DNA from: Eledone cirrhosa
Taxonomy: Eukaryota
Assembly: GCA_964016885.1 (NCBI GenBank)
Contig: OZ024745.1
Span: forward strand, 24,676,001-24,740,000
DNA length: 64,000 bases
Reading direction: 5' to 3'
Within the stretch, counting starts at the first letter, position 1; every line of letters begins with the position of its first letter. Below the pieces are notes generated by a model, which was given only the letters and a program-made list of their open reading frames with translations, was not told the DNA's origin and searched no databases. Of the stretch, positions 59,034 through 64,000 are shown piece after piece. Both the position numbers and the translations under genes were made by a program.

Positions 59034-60672
59034 TTATCCATATAGCTTGAGGAAAATTCCCGTCCTTAGGTGTCTGCAGGCGCCGAATAAGTCGGCCCTT
59101 CTGTTTAATAGCTTGGTTCTGCCATGAAGTATCTCGAGTGTCTCACTAAGACAGAGGTTGCAAATACCAGACCTGTCTCTGTCTGGGGAAACCTTTCTAA
59201 CCACGGACCAGGCCAGAGAGTGCGGGGTCTTTTCAAGTTTGAGCTTCCAGATCAATTCAGAAAGGGCCATACATTTCCTCTTTTCTATTCTGTTAAAGGA
59301 ATGGCGATGGTTATACCACCTATCTTTGAAGCTCGTCGCTGTGGATCCTATGTAGTGGTGCTCCGAGTTTGGGGTTGTGACCTTGCACCTGTAGACTACG
59401 TTTTTCGTCATGCATTCATTACTAAGGGGGCATAGTGATGGGTCTCTGCAATTGCATGACTTCTTAAGCCCCAGCACATGTACCGCGTGGCTACCATCAC
59501 TCGGGGTTGGCTGGGTTGCCGCCGTAATCAGCACAGGGTCGTTGGGTTCCGGTGTGCTAGTTGGGCCTGCCCGGGGTCTGGTGCTTCCCGCGTGCTGGTT
59601 CCGTTGGGTGGCTCCTGGATTTACGGTGGTATTAGAGGCAGTGAGCCTATTCCTATTTATGCCGGCTATGTGCTGGGCTACGGAGCGTGTGGTTGAGTAG
59701 GAAAGTTTCACTGTGTGCCTGTTGAATATTTTATGGTACTTATGGGCCCTAGGGAAACATTTATCCAGTACTCTAAAGAATGTTCTAGCCAGGCTGGTAC
59801 GTAGACCCACAGAGTACGGAGGGTTATACTATGTGACCTTCCTGGTCCTATTCTTGCGGGGTTGTTGGGTGTCCGCCGTGGTCCATCGCGGGGTTGTGCA
59901 CAGCTCAGGTCGAGCTCGGTTGGTGTAACTCAGGTGTGCGGAGCGGTCACTATCATGAGGGTTATATGGGCCTACCGTGGGCTATAAACCTGCGCGGTGC
60001 GGCCTCCCTGCTCAATTAGGGTTCGGCGGGTGGTGGGGCCGGTGCAGGGGTGCCTATGCTCCGCAGCACAGTGGTCTTCAGCGTTGTAGGTATTAGACCA
60101 GCGGGGTATGCGAGACCTTCTACCGGGGGTGATGACGGATAGGGGTCTTGGAGTGTTACTACTGGTCACCGAGGTATTAGGTGGGCGACTCATGCCCCTG
60201 AGGGTATTGGTCCGGGGTACCCTTGGGTCATCTCGATCATGTCTCTTAGAGTTATAGCTGATCCTATGGCTGTGGGACGCCTTAGCTAGTGCTGAGTTAT
60301 AGTAATCAGCATTACTTGAAGATTTCTTTATTGGCTGACAATTTAGAGATCCTGTCAGAGACACTCTTAACTACGGCCTTAACTATAGACCTAGGGTGAT
60401 TGGACCCAGCGTTGATATACAGCAGCTTCTCATTGGGTTTATGATATGGGTGGTGTAGCTTGGTGTTGAGGTTGAAGGTGGTGTCCAGGAAATTCACTAC
60501 TTTTCTATTGGGTTCCATCTCTACTTTAAGTCCTACCTTGCTAAAGAAGTGTCTAATTCTCCTCTTCATATTTTCGACCATTGTGGTGCTGTGGTCCACT
60601 ACGGTGAAGAGTGTGTCATCTCGGTAGAGCCCGCCACCCAGGTTGGGTATTTCTCTCCTGATCTCGTAGAGT
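59034..60672 (-). pseudogene. second Naiad-type PLE, 5'-truncated RT + GIY-YIG, frameshifted
   Basis: GGLYRDD, NFLD, SNHP, FPRAHKYHKIFNRHTVKLSYS, CNCRDPSLCPL, VVY..YIG..FKDRW, CNLCLSE. Confidence 0.9.
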
Positions 60673-60701
60673 ATGTATATACATATATACGCACACACAC
60701 A

Positions 60702-60751
<50 letters not shown>

Positions 60752-60768
60752 TAGATAGATAGATATAT

Positions 60769-60939
<171 letters not shown>

Positions 60940-61243
60940 CATTTATATACCTAATTGCCAGTATGTCTTTTTCTATATCTATGTAACACTATGTACCACG
61001 TTTTGCCCAGTAACTGAAATAACACAATTAACTGAAATAACACAATTCTTGCTATAATTAAAAGCATAAAAATTATTTTCTAGTCTTCGAGATTTTCAGA
61101 AACTAAATAAGATATGAAACATACAAAACCTTGTAACTTTTATTGAGTCAATGTGAGTCTTTATTAATTATGGAACAAAACTAATTTTCCTATATAAAGA
61201 TTGACTTTCTCATTTAAAAGAAATTAAATTTTTTCAATATTCA

Positions 61244-61402
61244 TGGAAAAGTTCATAGGCTGACTATAAAGGAATGATGCTAGAGCTGCAATATATACAT
61301 GCATTAATTTCAACTCTTCTTATTAAGAACTGCATTGTTTCTTTCCAGGGACTCTGTTGACAAACCTCATTTGGTCAGCCTATGAACTTTTCTTCCTATG
61401 AA
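61244..61402 (+). mobile_element. mariner-type MITE, internally deleted
   Basis: GAAAAGTTCATAGGCTGAC...GTCAGCCTATGAACTTTTC...CAACCGACCCTCGTA. Confidence 0.75.
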
Positions 61403-61586
61403 CCTTTCAACCGACCCTCGTATACAACTAACATAAAAACTTAATTTTAACTCTTTCTTCAGTATAAACATACCAAGCTGACTTTGCCTTTCATCTCTAT
61501 AAGTGCCACTCTATATGTATTGAGAGGGATATGATTATTTAGACTTTGATTATTCTCAGGAATTATTGTCACTGGAGCCACTAAAA

Positions 61587-61750
61587 TAATTGTTTCTACT
61601 TTTGGCACAAGGCCAGAAATTACCCAGTGCATTACTGGTACTTTATTTTATCGAGCCGGTAAGGATGAAAGGCAAAGTTAACCTCGACGGGATTTGAACT
61701 CAGACCGTAAAGAGACGTAACTATGCTGGAAATCATGATGTCCGACCCTC
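61587..61750 (-). mobile_element. family A SINE
   Basis: Near match to the copies at 8.4-8.9 kb. Confidence 0.85.
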
Positions 61751-62602
61751 AATAAAAGATGAGATGGACAATATATATTTGTTTTTTTTTCTCTTTTGTC
61801 TTTTGTCTTTTGCTTCTGTATTTCATGTATGTGTTTATCTTATGATACGTCGTGCAATAGAAAATATGTTTCCGCTGAACTGAAGTCACGAAAACCTTTA
61901 TGTAATACGTTAAATAACGTCACGATCTCGTTTTCCCACTTCTGAAAGGTCAGATTAGCTTATTTGATAGTGAAAGGTGCGAACTCCATGGATTAAAATC
62001 TTAACACTAATTTAACTATTGGTTTTCCATACAACATACGTCTTGGAGATATTTTATTCTTATGGAGTAACATCACTACAAGATGTCTTCTATATTAAAA
62101 AACAATACTTCAATTAGTGTTAACAAACAATCCCTTTTTTCTGCACCGACAATGTACAATATTTAGTTAATGATTCTGTCATTAATATTTTAGCAAGTAC
62201 GATAGCGTATAAGCTTCTATGAAGAAGTCATAGTAAGACCAAATGTGTCTCAATTTGTCTCCTTTAATTTGCCTCGCCAAAGTAATTTAAATGCTACTAA
62301 TTGGGACTAATACTGTTTTTCCTGGTAGCTAATTATTTCTGGATGTTACTTTTTTTTAATACTCCTGCATTAACTGTTAAAACTAACTTAACTATTATAT
62401 TTTACCAGCCACTAACAACGCAGGTCTGTCTCTAAATCAATATATTACAATGCCTGGCAAATGCCTAATGTGTCATTTGATGACGTCCTGTCATGAATTG
62501 CGTTTTGATATCATGACGTAACAATTTCACCACAGAAATATGTATTTTGGAAGTTATGGAATCTAACTTTCGTATTGTACCATTAATGCATATATGTATA
62601 TA

Positions 62603-62680
62603 CAGGGTGTCCCTATAAATGTATATACACTTTGATTATCTGCTGTTGAAATGTGTATATATTTTGGGGGGGAAACCCTG
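62603..62680. mobile_element. tiny Tc1/mariner-type MITE
   Basis: TA|CAGGGTGTCCC...GGAAACCCTG|TA with imperfect inverted arms. Confidence 0.6.
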
Positions 62681-63354
62681 TATATATATGTATATATGTA
62701 TATATATATATATATTGAAATTAAATTTTTATTAATCTCCCGGGCCTAGCAATTAATTAGTTAATTCAATTAGACAATTCTATTGACTGATTAATTGCTT
62801 AAGTTTATTTTAAAACAACCCGGTCGAGAGCTTACTTCGATTTGTGCAGTTTTTTTGCAATTTTGTGCAACTCCTTTACACATTTTGAATGCACCCGCCA
62901 AAAACAGGGGTTACCTCGCTCGCAGGGTAACCACGTGAGGTAGTGGCTTCACTAATACTTAATTTGAACCTGGTTGGCGGTTGATAGCAAAAACCTGTTG
63001 ACAAAGTGTCTGCCATGTTCAATCATTATACCAAAAGCTTACAATGAAAGCAGACAGTATACTTGATTTAAGGGTTCCAGAAACCTCCTACTTGATTTTA
63101 CCAACAAGTTCCAGGAAGGTTCAGGTAAAAATATTTTGTTAACCTGTTTAGCTTGCTCGTTTTTTCGGCTGCCTGCCTTGCCGATTCACAGCCATGTTTA
63201 TAATGGGCCTGGCCCTTATAACGTATGTTAATTGGTTTGGCTTCTCCTAATCCATTGAACGGTTGCCGGCATATCTCGAAAATTACGTTTCGTTTTGTTT
63301 TGGCGGTCACCGAAATACGATCTCGCTGAAATTATATTTGTATATATATATATA

Positions 63355-63431
<77 letters not shown>

Positions 63432-63545
63432 TATCCCGGGTTCAATCATGGGTAACCACAGTAAAGTACTCAATACAAAGCAGAGTATAAATATTTAATA
63501 TAGAAATGGTTCTACAGGACTAGAACTGTTTCATTCGGGAGAGAT

Positions 63546-63677
<132 letters not shown>

Positions 63678-63899
63678 TTTACATATATATATATACATAT
63701 ATATATACATATACGTGTTTTGCAACTGGTCACTTTGTGGCTCAATGAAAAATTAATAAATTAAACAATCAGAGCTATATATCATAAAACATGTCTATAG
63801 AATCACAAGATAAAATATATACTATTACCTCTCCCAATTAGCATAATTAACTATATAAAAAATCGAATAGACCAGGCTATAAGAATGAGGCTTCTATGA

Positions 63900-64000
63900 A
63901 GAAATCTCCGACAAATAACCAAAACTAGCCCTTCGCGTCGATAAATATTCCGCTACGGCCGACGCGAAGGGCTAGTTTTGGTTATTTGTCGGAGATTTCT
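63900..64000. repeat. perfect hairpin with arms of at least 41 bp and a 19-nt loop, cut by the window edge
   Basis: 63900-63940 is the reverse complement of 63960-64000. Confidence 0.9.

Noticed and set aside
63250-63325. TTGAAC...GAAATACGATC hairpin as a hammerhead
   Set aside because: The seven-nucleotide core does not fit

Overview
This is a gene-poor, repeat-saturated eukaryotic window. The SINE families, (TA)n/(CA)n density and retroelement set point to a coleoid cephalopod, most likely octopus (inference). No host gene can be supported: nearly all long ORFs are translations of micro- or minisatellites. The real coding content is retroelement-derived. It comprises a young 5'-truncated Naiad-type Penelope-like element (PLE; RT + GIY-YIG, 30.5-32.5 kb), a frameshifted second Naiad (59.0-60.7 kb), two GIY-YIG 3' fragments of another PLE lineage (22.6 and 38.5-39.1 kb), a near full-length decayed L1/Tx1-type LINE (48.7-54.5 kb), and mariner and CR1/L2 relics, alongside many tRNA-derived SINEs and mariner-type MITEs. 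The standout signal lies between 22 and 64 kb: about 20 complete, degenerate or half minimal type-I hammerhead ribozyme (HHR) motifs (CUGANGA / stem II / GAAA / usually palindromic short stem III / NUH) from roughly ten families. Most sit in (TA)n tracts, and many belong to inverted-repeat or fold-back elements. They include a U3:A8 covariant core (UUGAAAA) shared by two PLE families, a 450-bp ORF-less tandem unit resembling a retrozyme, and short ribozyme-bearing palindromes. All structures were read by eye and are untested.
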